Below are positions 35,277-47,730 of a DNA stretch of 64,000 nt, one piece after another. Within the stretch, counting starts at the first letter, position 1; each line of letters begins with the position of its first letter. The stretch is from Balamuthia mandrillaris. Its lineage: Eukaryota. A model generated the notes under the pieces. It was not told the origin of the DNA and ran no database searches. It was given only the letters and a program-made list of their open reading frames with translations. The translations under genes and the position numbers were made by a program. The stretch spans positions 62,001 to 126,000 of the forward strand of contig JAVKOQ020000022.1 of assembly GCA_031835245.2 (NCBI GenBank), given 5' to 3'.

Positions 35277-38200
35277 TCAAGTGAAACTGTCGTCAGACTC
35301 ATCCACCAAGACGCTATCAATGTGATCTTCGCAGTAGGCCTTGCCAGCATGCTCATAAAAGTCGAGATTAACGAGGTTGCAGGAACAGCTGGCGCATCGA
35401 AAGTGGTGCATATGCCAGCGCTGCCCCACAGCCTCAACGTGTGCACCACGAATGTGTTCTCTACAATAGCCGCACACAGCTACTGCCTCCTCTTCTTCTT
35501 CCTCCTCCTCCTCTACCACAATTATGTCTGCATAGTCTTCCTCGCAATAGGCTCTGCCCTCCACCTCGTAGTACTTGCAGCCCAATATTTGGCCACATTT
35601 GGCGCAGCAGAGGTGGTGCTTGTGCCAGCACTTGCCCAAGGCCTCCACGTAGATACCCGTGATGACCGTTCCGCAGAGGCCGCAAACGACCGGAGCTCGA
35701 CCGGGCGACGAAACGCACACCCTCTTCTGATCTTCTATTTCACAATAGCTGGAGGGGGAAGAGGCCTCGCTGTGTGATGCATCTTCTTCTGGAAGAGTAG
35801 CAAGATGAGGCAGCGGCAGGGACAGCTGTGGAAGTGTGTTGGCGAGTCGTTGCGCGCTTCTGCTCTTTGCCTCGTGCCGCTCCGAGTTTTCCTCGGAGAG
35901 CAGTTTCTGTTGGCGCCGCACAGCTTTTTTGACACGAGCAAAGAGCTCCAGCACAGGTGTTGTGAGCATCTGTTTTGCTTTTAGTTGTTGTTGTGGGGTC
36001 CATGTTGTGGGGTTAATGGAAGAAACGGAAGGTGACGGTGAGGCGAATTGTACAGATGAAGAGGAGGAAGGAAGTAATGCAGGGCTGGAGGACGAGGAGA
36101 AACTAGAGGTGATGACAATGGCGATGGAAGCGAGTGTTTTGACTTGTGAGCGTATGATAAGACATTCTGCCTCTAAGGTGCGAAGATGGTTGAGAATGGT
36201 TTTGATATTTTGGATGAGTAGGCTGAGAGAGGTGGAGAAGCCGTGTAGAAATGAGGAGAAAGAGTACGATTGTTCAGAGGGAGAAGCAAAGGAGGAGGAG
36301 CTGCAGTAAGTGACTTCCGAGTCGAAACTTGCCAACATTTTTCTCCCAGCTGCAGCCAGGCCTCGAAGGGCCTCTGGCAAGGATGGGATTGTTGCTCCTA
36401 CCGCAAAAGGGTCATCTAGTTGCTCAAGCGCTTTGTTGATGAAGTGATTGGATGTCTTTCTTCTTACTGACGAAGCGCTGCTGGCTCTTCTGCGTTGAGC
36501 AGTTTGTGACAAGCCAGAAGCAGGGGAGGAGGGAGAGGCGGACCCAACGTCTTTTGTCTCCTCCTTTAAGGCGGTAACAAAGTAGGCAATTGCCACGTTG
36601 CACTCCTGTACAAGGGTTTGGTACTCCTTTGCCTTTGGCTCGCCAAATCCTACGCCCTGCGAAAGGATCTCCTCCTGCTTGGCGATGACATTGGAAGCAG
36701 CTCTCACTACTGCTTCCAGGTTATTCATCAGCCGCTCCTCGAGAGTAATACCGGAGGAGCGAGGAGCAGGGATGCTGGAGACCACAGCTCTTGTTGCCCT
36801 CACCAGGGATTTGAGGCATCGAACCAGCTTGTCGCTGTCCAAGGTCTTTGCGTCGGATTCTTTCAAGAGATTCATGAAGGTGGCCAACGTCTTTGGCGAT
36901 TCATGGAGAGCGTCAGGGTCTAAGTCACCATCAAAGGGTTGGCGCATCTCTTCAAAGACGCTTTGAACTTGGGGATGGCTCACGGAGGCAACATATTCCA
37001 AACGCTTGGCTAGTGCTCTTGTGGTGGAAGATGGACTTACCGGCGGAGAGGGCATGGGCGACTCAATTGGAAGATGTTCTCGGAGGAGTAAAACAAGCCC
37101 TTTCGTGGCATCCACAAGGTTTTTTGCCGCGGTCCGTCGGTAGGTGTCAAAACCATGCGCCTCTTGGTCCGGCTGACCTCTGTTGGTATGCGGCGCGTCT
37201 TGTGACATCGATATAAAGTCCAGTCCAGCGTTTACCAATGTAAGCAAAGCCATGCGAGCTCTAAAGCGGGTGTAGGCAGGAAAGAGTTCGTTACACACAG
37301 AGTTGGCCGACGCCACCGCAGAGTACAACGCTTCATTAGCAAGAGAGAGATCCATTCCTGTCTTCAAGCAGGCTATGAGGGTCTTCACCGCAGTGGAGAA
37401 CTGCCGTCCAACTCCCTCCGGTCCATCTGCTTCAAAGGCTCTGTGCCCTTTCCAAAAAGGTGATGCATTCTCCAAGAGAGTCTCTATCAATACGGAACAT
37501 TTGTCGAGAAGCTCGCCCTGCACGGACTGGACAAGTAGAATGTCTTCGTTGAAGCATGGCTCCTCTGGAGACCTACTCTTCAACGATCGAAGGCATGACG
37601 TGTAGCGGATGGTCCCCTGCCCCAAAGATTTGGCTTGAGTGAGGATGGAGGTCGTAGAGGAGTCCTCCTTGTTGGAGCAGAGAGCAATGTCCTTAGCCTC
37701 GATGATGGCAGAGCGGATGAGGCACCCTAGTTGATGTAAGTCCATGTTGGCTAGTCGGCCAGGCTCCTTCAACTCGTTGGAGGGAAGGTACTTGGCTGAT
37801 ACTTCACTGAGCAGCCGCGCCAGCTCTTTATAATTGGTTCGAATCCTTGCTTCTGCTTTTCGCTCGTTAGCTGTGTCGTTTGAGTGAAGAGTTGTTCGTT
37901 CTACTGAGCCATGCCGCGCTGCATATATCTCGTTATCCTCTGAGGATCGTCGGGTCATGACTCGAGGTGGAAACAACGTTGACCCTCTTCTTTCGGTGGT
38001 GGCTGAGCTGCCTGAGATACTGAGACGTTTTGCTTGCATGGTCGGCGCAGTGCTTGCTGTGCTGTCACCGTTTACCTTCTCCTTTGGAAGCATTTCTTGG
38101 TTCATCAAGCGAAGTCGTATCTCCATCAAGCTCTGTTTACCGGAGTTGGGACGCGTCACCTCAGGAGTGGAATTAGTACTTGCCGATTTTCGACTTGCAG

Positions 38201-38678
38201 ACATATCTTCTTGGCCAGGTCCCCGTTTGCTGTTTCGCAAACGAAGCAAACTCTCCTCTCTTTTGTTGGGTGGAGGAGAAGATGCCGCGACTTTAGTTTC
38301 TTGGCGGTCCGTGAGTGATTCAGCAGAGTCGAGGGTAGCCAGAAGGGCGTCTAACTGGTTCATGCCTATCGATTTGCTTTGCCGCTTGAGCACGACTGAG
38401 CGTACGACCGGCCTTGCATTCTCTGGAGAGCCCATCTCGAGCGCAGAATTAGCTGTTACCAACAAAAAAGAAAGTTGAAAGGAGTGGGTAAGTATTAATA
38501 CTACATTTGAAAGGCGGTTGTGGAAGTTTTCACCTTGAAGGACACAAGATTTGGACCTGTTATGTCTTTTTTGAGTTTTGTACACATTTTTCTTGATTCG
38601 AAGCGTGTTTAGCACGTCATCAAGCACTTCAACCACATCCCCTTCCTCCAAAGAAGAGAGCTGATCTCGTTCCTCCAT
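35277..38678 (-). CDS. Helical-bundle (talin/vinculin-like) protein with two C-terminal LIM domains
   Basis: LIM domains 'CGLCGTVI...WHKHHLCCAKC...YCEED' and 'CGYCREHI...WHMHHFRCASC...YCEDH'. Central Ala/Leu amphipathic helices such as 'TAAKNLVDATKGLV'. Confidence 0.8.
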   Translation of the reverse strand: MEERDQLSSLEEGDVVEVLDDVLNTLRIKKNVYKTQKRHNRSKSCVLQGENFHNRLSNVVLILTHSFQLSFLLVTANSALEMGSPENARPVVRSVVLKRQSKSIGMNQLDALLATLDSAESLTDRQETKVAASSPPPNKREESLLRLRNSKRGPGQEDMSASRKSASTNSTPEVTRPNSGKQSLMEIRLRLMNQEMLPKEKVNGDSTASTAPTMQAKRLSISGSSATTERRGSTLFPPRVMTRRSSEDNEIYAARHGSVERTTLHSNDTANERKAEARIRTNYKELARLLSEVSAKYLPSNELKEPGRLANMDLHQLGCLIRSAIIEAKDIALCSNKEDSSTTSILTQAKSLGQGTIRYTSCLRSLKSRSPEEPCFNEDILLVQSVQGELLDKCSVLIETLLENASPFWKGHRAFEADGPEGVGRQFSTAVKTLIACLKTGMDLSLANEALYSAVASANSVCNELFPAYTRFRARMALLTLVNAGLDFISMSQDAPHTNRGQPDQEAHGFDTYRRTAAKNLVDATKGLVLLLREHLPIESPMPSPPVSPSSTTRALAKRLEYVASVSHPQVQSVFEEMRQPFDGDLDPDALHESPKTLATFMNLLKESDAKTLDSDKLVRCLKSLVRATRAVVSSIPAPRSSGITLEERLMNNLEAVVRAASNVIAKQEEILSQGVGFGEPKAKEYQTLVQECNVAIAYFVTALKEETKDVGSASPSSPASGLSQTAQRRRASSASSVRRKTSNHFINKALEQLDDPFAVGATIPSLPEALRGLAAAGRKMLASFDSEVTYCSSSSFASPSEQSYSFSSFLHGFSTSLSLLIQNIKTILNHLRTLEAECLIIRSQVKTLASIAIVITSSFSSSSSPALLPSSSSSVQFASPSPSVSSINPTTWTPQQQLKAKQMLTTPVLELFARVKKAVRRQQKLLSEENSERHEAKSRSAQRLANTLPQLSLPLPHLATLPEEDASHSEASSPSSYCEIEDQKRVCVSSPGRAPVVCGLCGTVITGIYVEALGKCWHKHHLCCAKCGQILGCKYYEVEGRAYCEEDYADIIVVEEEEEEEEEAVAVCGYCREHIRGAHVEAVGQRWHMHHFRCASCSCNLVNLDFYEHAGKAYCEDHIDSVLVDESDDSFT

Positions 38679-38867
38679 TGCCAGGACTTGTGTTGTTAGC
38701 CACACAAGTTAATCCTTCCGTGCTCTTGTAAATAAATAAGTGGTTACAACAGTCAGAGGTTGTTTCTCTTCGTTAAAACTCAGAAGAAGAACTCACCGTT
38801 ATCCAAAAAAAGTAAGAAGTCGCAGGTGCAAATAAGGTCAACTTTGGCTTTTATGAGCCTCAACTGC

Positions 38868-40554
38868 TCACCACGCAAAGGACGCCCACACACCTGCCGC
38901 GATCGCGCCAAGTGGAACAGAGTCCCATACTTTTTGTGGTTGTGTTACGATAGAGTCCTCCGGGGGACTTTCTGTGGTAAGACGCGCCTCGATGCCGCAT
39001 TGGCCATACTTATTCCATCCCCAACAATATACATCGCCATTATCTGATGAGACAATGGATGATAACAGGACATTAGCACACTATGTTGATGTCAAATCGT
39101 GGACGGGCACTCAACCTGATTGGGCCATAGTATGGCGATGTCCGCAGCGAATTGCTCCCACCTTCAGTGTCTCTTGGTGTCGAATGGTAACTCTACTTGG
39201 TTTGCAGCTTCCTTGTGTGTCTCCAGTTCCAAGCTTATAGCAGCCCGATAAGAAGAAGCAGACGATAGGATAACGGAAGAAAAAGGTGAAGTCTACCTGA
39301 CCAAAAGAATTGTAACCCCACGTCCAAAGGCTGCCATCCTTGAGGATCGCCGCAGAGTGCCACACGCCACAAGAACACTCCAAGACGGAAGGCTCCAATA
39401 ACGATTCGTCTTCGGATTGCTCGGTAACTACGAAGTCCTCCGCCTCACTGTCCTCAGTACTCTCATTATCTAAATCACTAAAGCGGATTTGGACAGGATA
39501 ATGCTCGTTACAAAAGTCTCCTTGGCCGAGCTACAGTACCAGAAAAACAAGTACGAAAGTGAGCATGTTTTCGCCGAAGAGGAAACAAGAATAAGACTAA
39601 CCTGCCCATACATTCCCCAACCAAAGCTGAAAAGTCTGCCCTTTGCATCGATAAGCATGGAATGGCTCCAACCACAGCTCACTTGGACAGCTCGCATGTC
39701 TGGAGGAAGGATTAGCTGCTTTGGGAACACATGCACAAAGCCATGGGCGCTCTCTGCTAGTTCCTCTTCTGCGGCACCGACGCTGTTTGGGCTTGACTTT
39801 CTTCGTTGCTGTTCGCGCTCAAGCTCCAGCTCTATTTGCTCACGTCCGGAAAGTGCTGGCAAGTCTTCCAGCAACCCCAATTGTCCATACTGGTTACTTC
39901 CCCAACCCCATACTTGCCCTTCCTCTATTCAAATAAAAGAAGAAAGTGTGAGGAGTTGAAAGAAGCAAGAAGATGAAATAGAACATATTGTCTTACCGCT
40001 GATGGCAAGAGAATGCCGCTCTCCAGCAGCTATATCGCACACTCTGGTTGTCTGCAAGGTAGATATCGGCCGAAGAGAGGGTTGTATGCTGTCCCGACTT
40101 CCATGGCCGCATTGCCCATAGCTGTTCCACCCAAAACTGTACACCACCCCCGTGTTCCCTACCAACTGCCATCAGTCTTTACAAGAGAGGGCGGAGAGAG
40201 CAGAGCAGAGAGCAGAGAGAACAGAAGGCTGAGAGCAGACTAACGATCTAAAGCGAGCACGTGGGACCAAGAGGTAGAAATTTTGCTGATGTGATGTACA
40301 CTAGGGAACACTCTTGGCTTACACCAAAAAGCAGAAGCATGCCACAGAGGAACCACCTGCCCGTCTTTTTGCACAGTCAAAAAATACACTGGTTGAGCGC
40401 AAGCCGGAGAGGAAGGTATACCAGTCAATATCACAAATCCAAAGCTCCAACCAACAGCCACTGACGACACGTGAGCGCCGCCTTGTCCACCACTAACCAG
40501 CCTGTGAAAGCCCTTCCTGTGGCCGCGCACCACCGATGCTTCTTGCGCCTCCAT
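38868..40554 (-). CDS. RCC1-repeat beta-propeller protein
   Basis: Repeats 'VYSFGWNSYGQCG', 'IAAGERHSLA', 'VSCGWSHS', 'LWTWGYNSFGQ'. Last exon reads 'GDVYCWGWNKYGQCG...AGVWASFAW*'. Confidence 0.9.
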
Positions 40555-40818
40555 GCTCGCCTCCTTCCTTGCTCCTCCTCCGTTACTGCAGCTACAGTTG
40601 GTTTTCTCGGCCACCTCCAGTAGTTGAGTTCATGACGACATGGTAAATGATTAATTAATTTAATGACGACACCTTTTCATAGATGTTCACCCAAGACGAC
40701 ATGATGAAATGGTAACCGCGGGAAGACAACAACCCAAACATGCTTGCAAGCACACGAGGCAAAGAGAGAGAAACCGAGCGGGCGGTACCGCAGGTAGTCC
40801 GTGCCTGAGTAAGGAGGA

Positions 40819-42401
40819 ATGAAGTGGAGGTCGTTGGTGGGGGTGTTTGTGGTGTTGGCGGTGCTGCGTGGTTGTAGCGGGTTGAACAACGGGGTGGCCC
40901 GCACGCCTCCTATGGGTTGGCTCTCTTGGGAACGTTACGGTGCGTGCTTGCTTGCCTTGACTTGATGCGACTGTTTTTTTTTAAACAACCGGCAAGCAAC
41001 GTCGTATTTCTTCTTACTCGACTAATATTGTCTTCCTGGCGAGCAGCTTGCATAACGGACTGCGATACCTACCCGGACCAGTGCATCAGCGCAAATCTGT
41101 ACCAACGCATGGCCGACGCGTTGGTGAGCCAGGGCTACGCCAAGGTGGGTTATCAGTATGTCAACATAGATGACTGCTGGCCTGCCCTAGAGAGGGACAG
41201 CCAAGGCAACCTCCAAGCCGATCCCATTCGTTTTCCAGGAGGCATAAAGGCTGTCGCTGACTACGTCCATGCCAAGGGCCTGAAGCTTGGCCTTTATCTT
41301 GACATTGGTCTTCTTTCTCTCTCGTCTTCTTTCTGTCTTGTTGTTTTGTCTTTCTTTTTCGTGTTTTGTGTATATTATTCTCTGCTGTCCCCCAAAGACT
41401 AACATTGAAAAGAACGCTTATGAAACTGCAAACGCGGTGCAGGCAGCAAGACATGTGCTGGCTATCCAGGCTTTGACGTACCAACCAGCACCAGCTACGA
41501 GCAGGACGTGGCCTCCCACCAACAGTATCTGAAGGACGTGCAACTCATGGCATCATGGGGAATAGACTCCCTTAAGGTGGACGGATGCTACGCGGAGGCT
41601 GCCACCATGAACATCACCTACCCAAAGCTGAGCATGGCCCTCAACGCAACGGGTCGTCCCATTTTGTACTCGTGCAGCTGGCCTGACTATGTGCGTATTT
41701 CCCTGGGAGACCAGGCCGTTCAGTTCGACCTGCTGGTGCGTTACTGCAACATGTGGCGCAACTTTGATGACATCCAGGACTCCTTCGACTCCATCACCAC
41801 CATTGCTCAGTACTGGCGCACCGCTAACTCCTCCGTAGACAGCATGAACCCTTTCGCCGTGCAGCAAAACCCTCTGTACAAGTCCTTCCTTCTGGCAGCT
41901 GGACCCGGATCTTGGAATGACCCGGACATGATCTTGGTCGGCGGGACTGGCCTCTCCCTCGCTCAGAGCCGCATCCAGCTGTCCTTATGGAGCATCCTTG
42001 CCGCTCCGTTGCTCATGAGCAATGACCTCTACGCCATGGAACCGGGCACCGTCAGCTTGTTGCAAAACAAGGAGATGATCGCCATTAATCAAGACCCGAT
42101 GGGAGCGCAAGGCTTTTGTGTCAGCCAATGCGGGGCGGGTTCCCAGCAACAGGTATGGGCACGCAAGCTTGCCAACGGTGATGTGGCTGTGGCCTTTGTC
42201 AACTTCAGCTCATTCGGACCGGCCGTGAACATAGCCGTTGCTGCCAACAGCATCTTCTTGGCCAGCGGCCAAACCTTCATCGCGCGCGATGTCTTTGCCG
42301 GTCGTAACCTTGGCCAGTTCAAAGGCTCCATAACGGTGCAGCTCACCACCTCCAATGCTATATTGCTGCGCCTGCATCCGGTTTCTTCTTCCTTCCCATG
42401 A
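40819..42401 (+). CDS. GH27 alpha-galactosidase / alpha-N-acetylgalactosaminidase with signal peptide
   Basis: 'LNNGVARTPPMGWLSWER', 'YVNIDDCW', catalytic 'LKVDGC' and 'WRNFDDIQDS', 'GPGSWNDPDM', 'APLLMSNDL'. Confidence 0.95.
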
Positions 42402-42623
42402 TGATGCTAGTGCTGCTGCTGCTGCTGGTGATGATGATTGCGGGCCACGAACAAGCCTTCAAATGAAGTGGTGCCGAATTTATCCTTATCAGAACATTTT
42501 TCTCTAAATTTGGTTATAAATACCTAACATTCCAACCATTCTCCACAAAAAAAAGACCCAAAAAATATTTGAACACGAAACAACAGAAGAAGAAGAGGAA
42601 GAAGAGGAGAAAGGAGGGAAGTA

Positions 42624-44897
42624 ATGGAGGAACATCACTTGAAGAGCTTGTTGAACGATACCAGCAAAGTGGTGGAGGAACAGCTGGAAGGGCTGGTGGC
42701 TCTGAATCCTAAAGAACTGGCCTTATTGGAAGGACACAACGTGGTCGTGCGGAGAGCATTCATCGCAGGCGACCACAAAGACCGACATGTGGCTCTGCTG
42801 AGTGGCGGTGGAAGCGGCCACGAACCAGCCCATGCAGGCTTTGGTACTCGCCTTATCTTTCTTCTTGTTTCTTCTTCCTCTCGAGTCAATGGGTTGCACA
42901 GGCTAACACAGCGAGTTTTGCTTTGCCAGTGGGAGAGGGTCTACTCACAGCTGCAATTGCTGGTTCGTTCTGTTCACTCTTTCTTTCTTGATGGCTAACG
43001 CACTGACTGTCAGACTGACTTTACCAAGGCAACGTGTTTACCAGCCCCTCCACGGCCTCGGTCTTAGCGGCGCTACGCACGGTCACCGGCAAGAAAGGCG
43101 CCCTCCTCATAGTCAAGAACTACACTGGCGACAAGCTCAATTTCGGTATGGCGGCTGAGCTGGCTAGGGCTGAGGGCCTTAAAGTGAACATGGTTGTTGT
43201 CGCTGATGACTGCGCTCTCTGTGCCGACCTCACGAAGAGCGCTGGAAGACGAGGCCTGGCTGGCACGGTGCTTGTTCACAAGGCGGCAGGAGCAGCTGCG
43301 GAGGCTGGAGCTTCATTGGATGAGGTTTTTATCATTCTTCCTTGAGAGTAAGCAGCTCATTCGTTATTTTATTTTTTAACGAGACGATAATCTCTGTGGC
43401 TTGTGAATAATACAGGTTACTGATATTGCTCAGAGGGTAGCCCAGCAAGTAAGAACCATTGGCATTGCATTGACACCCTGTATTATCCCTGCCGTTGGCA
43501 AACCTTCATTTACGCTTCCTGGCAATGGTTTCTCCGCTCTTCTCTCTCTCTCACCCTCTATCACTTCTAACCTTACACTCTCCGCTCTTCACGTCGTCCC
43601 GCTTCCGTTATGTTCGCTTCTCTTCTGCCCAAATAATAGAAGTAGAACTGGGACTAGGAATTCATGGAGAGCCCGGTGTAGAGCGACAATCCTTACAATC
43701 AGCTGACGAAACAGTGAAGCAGCTGATGGGACATTTGCTGGGAGACGCCAATTTGCCAGAGGACACGCACGTTGTTCTTTTAGTGAACAACCTGGGCACA
43801 ACTTCCTCCATGGAACTCCATATAGTGTGTAGGGCGGTGGTGAGGTTCATCAACAAACACACAACACTTCATTTGGAACGGTTGTTTTGCGGTCCATTCA
43901 TGACGGCGCTGGATATGAAAGGCGTTTCCATCTCGCTTCTCCCTCTCCCACGGGAAGAACGGCTGTTGGAATATCTGGATGCCCCTTGTGGACGTGGAAC
44001 AGCCTGGCTGCCCGCTGCCCGCTGCTCTCCGCTCTTCGCTGAACGTGTTGCAGCTCCTACATCCACCTGTGATATCTCTGGTGTAGAGCCAGAAAGGGAC
44101 AAGAGGCTCTCGTTTACAGCCGCTGAAGCACAACATTTTCGGAAGCTGCTGCAGCTCTTGTGTGAGCAACTGTGTCAAAAGGAAACTATTGACCAGTTGA
44201 CAGCGCTGGACCAAGCTGCTGGTGATGGAGATTTCGGCTTCAGCTTGGAGCAGGGTTGCAAGGCGATTAGCTCGCAGCTTGTACAGCTGCCGGTGGATAA
44301 GGGTCCCGCAGCTACCTTCCACGCCCTGGGATCAATCTTACAAAGCGCCATGGGCGGCACTTCTGGTATGCTCCTCTTCGTGTGTTTACTTGTTAGCTGA
44401 GTTGATTGATGTTCGTTGTTTTGTAAACAGGTGTTATGTACGGCATGTTCTTCGTTCGTGCAGCTGGTGGCTTTCGCTATGCGGAGAACGATGTCGCTTC
44501 ACCAAGTGAATCATGGGCGGAAGCCCTCCGCTCTGGCACACAAGGTATAATGCAGTTGGGCGGTGCCCGGCTCGGCGACTGCACAATGATCGACGCTCTG
44601 CTGCCTGCTGTGGATGCATTTCATCACGCTGTAATGAAGGAAGGGAAAAGTTGGCAGGAGGCCCTTGGCATAGCCTCCGATGAAGCTGCAAAGGGAGCGG
44701 AAGCCACTGTGGACTTGGTGCCCAAGAAAGGGAGGGCTAGTTATCTTGGTCAGCGAGCTGTTGGTCACAAAGGTAGTTCGCCCTTCTTTCGCCCTGTTCT
44801 CCCATCCTTTTCTCACAAACGCCATGTGTTCGCAACAGATGCTGGCGCAGCGGCGGTGGCACTCATCGTCAAAACGTTGAACGAGCTGACAAAGTAA
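42624..44897 (+). CDS. DAK1: Dihydroxyacetone kinase / triokinase (fused DhaK-DhaL)
   Basis: '[13 protein letters not shown]', '[13 protein letters not shown]', 'GRRGLAG', 'GLGIHGEPG', 'GDGDFG', 'MGGTSG', 'GRASY'. Confidence 0.95.
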
Positions 44898-45647
44898 TAC
44901 ATGTCCATCTAAACAGCAGTCTCATTTATTGTTGCTTTAACCCTTGCCTCCCTGGAAGAAGACCGTAACCTCGCAAGGTAATGATATCATGCTATTCCCC
45001 TTTGTCTCAGTGGGAAAATATACATGGCCCCCTCAATGCATATGTCCACCCTGCGGGGCCACAGGGAGAAGAGATAGAATAGAGGAGAGATACCGCAAGA
45101 GAAAGAACGCCGCGAAAGACAAGGCGAAGAGGCGAGCATCCACCGCACATAACAGAGCTGATCTAGAGAGCAGAAAAAAATCAGCACAACGGGGAAGGAA
45201 AAAACAAAGAGAAATGAAAAAGCGGAGAAGTGGTTTGTGTCGCGGCTGCCGCTCGAAAGTGGAAAAGCAGTCTCTTCAGTCTCTGCGAGTTTCCGCAGGC
45301 TTGGCGGCACCTTTGCCTCATTTTTCTCTATTTTTATTATTTTACCAACAACTGACTCTGGTGGCTAAGTCTTCCTGGTCCAGTTATAAAGACTACAACG
45401 ACTTCTGAACTGTTCGCTTGCATCGTTCATCGTACTCGCTTGCTGGCAAAAAAGTTAGGGAGCTTTAGAGGAAAAGCGGGAGGACCCGTTGACCATTGAT
45501 CTTAAGTGTAAAACTTTAGTTTGCTAATGCGCGTCTGCCTTGTTGATCTATCTAGGAGGAGGAGGAAGAGGGAGAAGGAACAACTTGTTCAAAAGCAAAA
45601 AATTGTATTCTTGTGCTGTACATCCTAGCCAGTAGTAAGAGAACGAT

Positions 45648-46030
45648 GAAGAGAAGAGAACGATAGAGAAAGAGAAAAGAAAGAGAAAGAAAGAAAGAAA
45701 GAGAAAGAGAAGAGAAGAGAAGAAAGAGAAGAAGAGAAGAGAAAGAAGAAAGAGAGAGAGAGAAAGAAAGAAAGAGAAGAGAAAGAGAAAGAGAAGAGAA
45801 GAGAAGAGAAAGAAGAGAAGAGAAGAGAAAGAGAGAAAGAGAAGAGAAGAGAAGAGAAAGAGAGAGAGAGAGAGAGAAGAGAAGAGAAGAAGAAGAGAAG
45901 AGAAGAGAAGAGAAAGAAAGAAGAGAAGAGAAGAGAAAGAAGAGAAGAGAAGAGAAGAGAAGAGAAGAGAAGAGAAGAGAAGAGAAGAGAAGAGAAGAGA
46001 AGAGAAGAGAAGAGAAGAGAAGAGAAGAGA
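45648..46030. repeat. Compound polypurine (GAGAA)n/(GA)n satellite
   Basis: About 380 bp of almost exclusively A and G on the + strand, with perfect GAGAA units from about 45940 to 46030. Confidence 0.97.
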
Positions 46031-46646
46031 CGACAGAGAGGATATCGTACAAACAAGCAAAATGTAAAGGGATCATATGCGGGCGACGTCGTCGGATCCA
46101 TTGACTTGGTCCTGTCCTCTCTTCAGACACCTTGGTCTGCTCTCACGGTGCGGGTGGGAGCTCTCAGCACTTGAGAAACCAGGCGTTTTAAATCTCATGT
46201 TTGTCCCGCTACGCTATGCTGACCAAGCATGCCTTGAACTTTACACATCAACGTCCACAGATTACGCACCTATGGACAAGCGTTGAGAGCGCAGCAGACG
46301 ATTCTACTCAACTTCGTGCCCGCTAATGCATCCCTTCCGCAAGACTCAGAGTCTCTTTTCCCCTCTTCTGAAGCAGTGATTACTTTTCACGTGCTCTTCA
46401 CTGATGGGTTTGCCGACCTCACGATGCTTCTCGCGCCAACTGAGGGTGAACGTGCGCCGCCACAACGCAAGATTGTTCGTTCGCAGCAATCTGATGTAAA
46501 AATATAAATCGCATCCACCAAAAATGACTCTTCAATCAGAGACTGGCTGAAAAGGAGAAAAAGACAAACAGACGTTGTCAGCTAGCTTGTTTTAAACGGG
46601 AGCACAACAAAGTGAGTGACGGTGTGGGCGCTTGGTCCCGTTCTGC

Positions 46647-47626
46647 CTAGAGCTCTTCTTGGTAGAGGGCCATCAGCTCAGCAAACTGCATCACAAAAAG
46701 GTCGGCTCCCTGTTTTACCTTCTCCCGTACGACGTTGCCGCCAAAGCCCACAAACAGGTCAGCTGGCGGTCTTGCTTCCATGTCTGTCACACCTGTGTCG
46801 TGATGGCAGAAGAAGGGAAGAGAGAGCCCTCGTAAGAAATCGCATAGAAAAGGAGGAAGGGAGAAGATACAACCATCTCCAATCATGACAATAGAGGGAG
46901 GAGAAACCGCGTCGTTATCCTTGTTGGCATGTAGGTCCTTTAACATGGCCACCACGCGGGCCTTTCCACCACTTTCAGAAGTGGGTTGGCTTTCATCAAA
47001 GCCTTTGTAGTCCCCCGTCTCCTCGTCAAACAACAAAACGTTGGCAAACACGTTGTCAGGGGGCAAACCGAGCGCCTGAGCCAGTGGGAGGATCATTTGC
47101 TTGAACCCACCAGAGATCAAGTAGACATGCTTTCCTTGTCTCTGCAACAACTCAATAAATTGCCTGTTACGAGCACATAAGCCATGAGCAAACTCTTTGG
47201 GAAGAACGAGAGGGAGAGGGAGGGGAGAGAATAGGTGAAGAAAGAAGAGGGTGAGGAGAGGGAAAGAGAAGTCATGCACACGATACTCCCGGAGTTAGGG
47301 GCAGAGGATGCTTTTCCAAAAAGGAATGCAACTGCGGAAGAGAGGGGCGTATAATTTGCAGACGGGCCGAAAGAGCTTCCCGAAAGGTTACACCACCACA
47401 CATTGCCCGCCGCGTCCTAAGCACAAGCAAAGAAAGGATTAGGGTCGGTTGAGTGCAGCAGGCTCTCTGGGAGCGAGTTTGGTTACCATTCCGCCACCTG
47501 CTCGCCTGCCCCGCAAAGAGAAGCCAACTCGTCTATTCCTTCGTTGGTGATAACCGTGCTGTCCACGTCGAAACAAACCACACGAGCGGCACGCAACGTT
47601 TGGGCGACTGCTTTCTTTTCGTTCAT
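46647..47626 (-). CDS. PSPH: Phosphoserine phosphatase (HAD family)
   Basis: 'VCFDVDSTVITNEGIDELA', 'YLISGGF', 'PTSESGGK', spliced 'MIGDG|VTDMEARPPAD.F.GFGGNVVREKVK'. Confidence 0.93.
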
Positions 47627-47730
47627 CTCGCGCCTTGTTCAGCTGCCTTGCCTGCCTGTCATACCTTTTATCGCGCTTTTTTTTTTTATAAACACCAAAA
47701 TGTTTCCAGGAAAAATTACAAATTTTGATG

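Noticed and set aside
45548..46130. Leu/Phe/Ser-rich 'membrane protein' ORFs
   Set aside because: Translation artefacts of the (TTCTC)n satellite strand.
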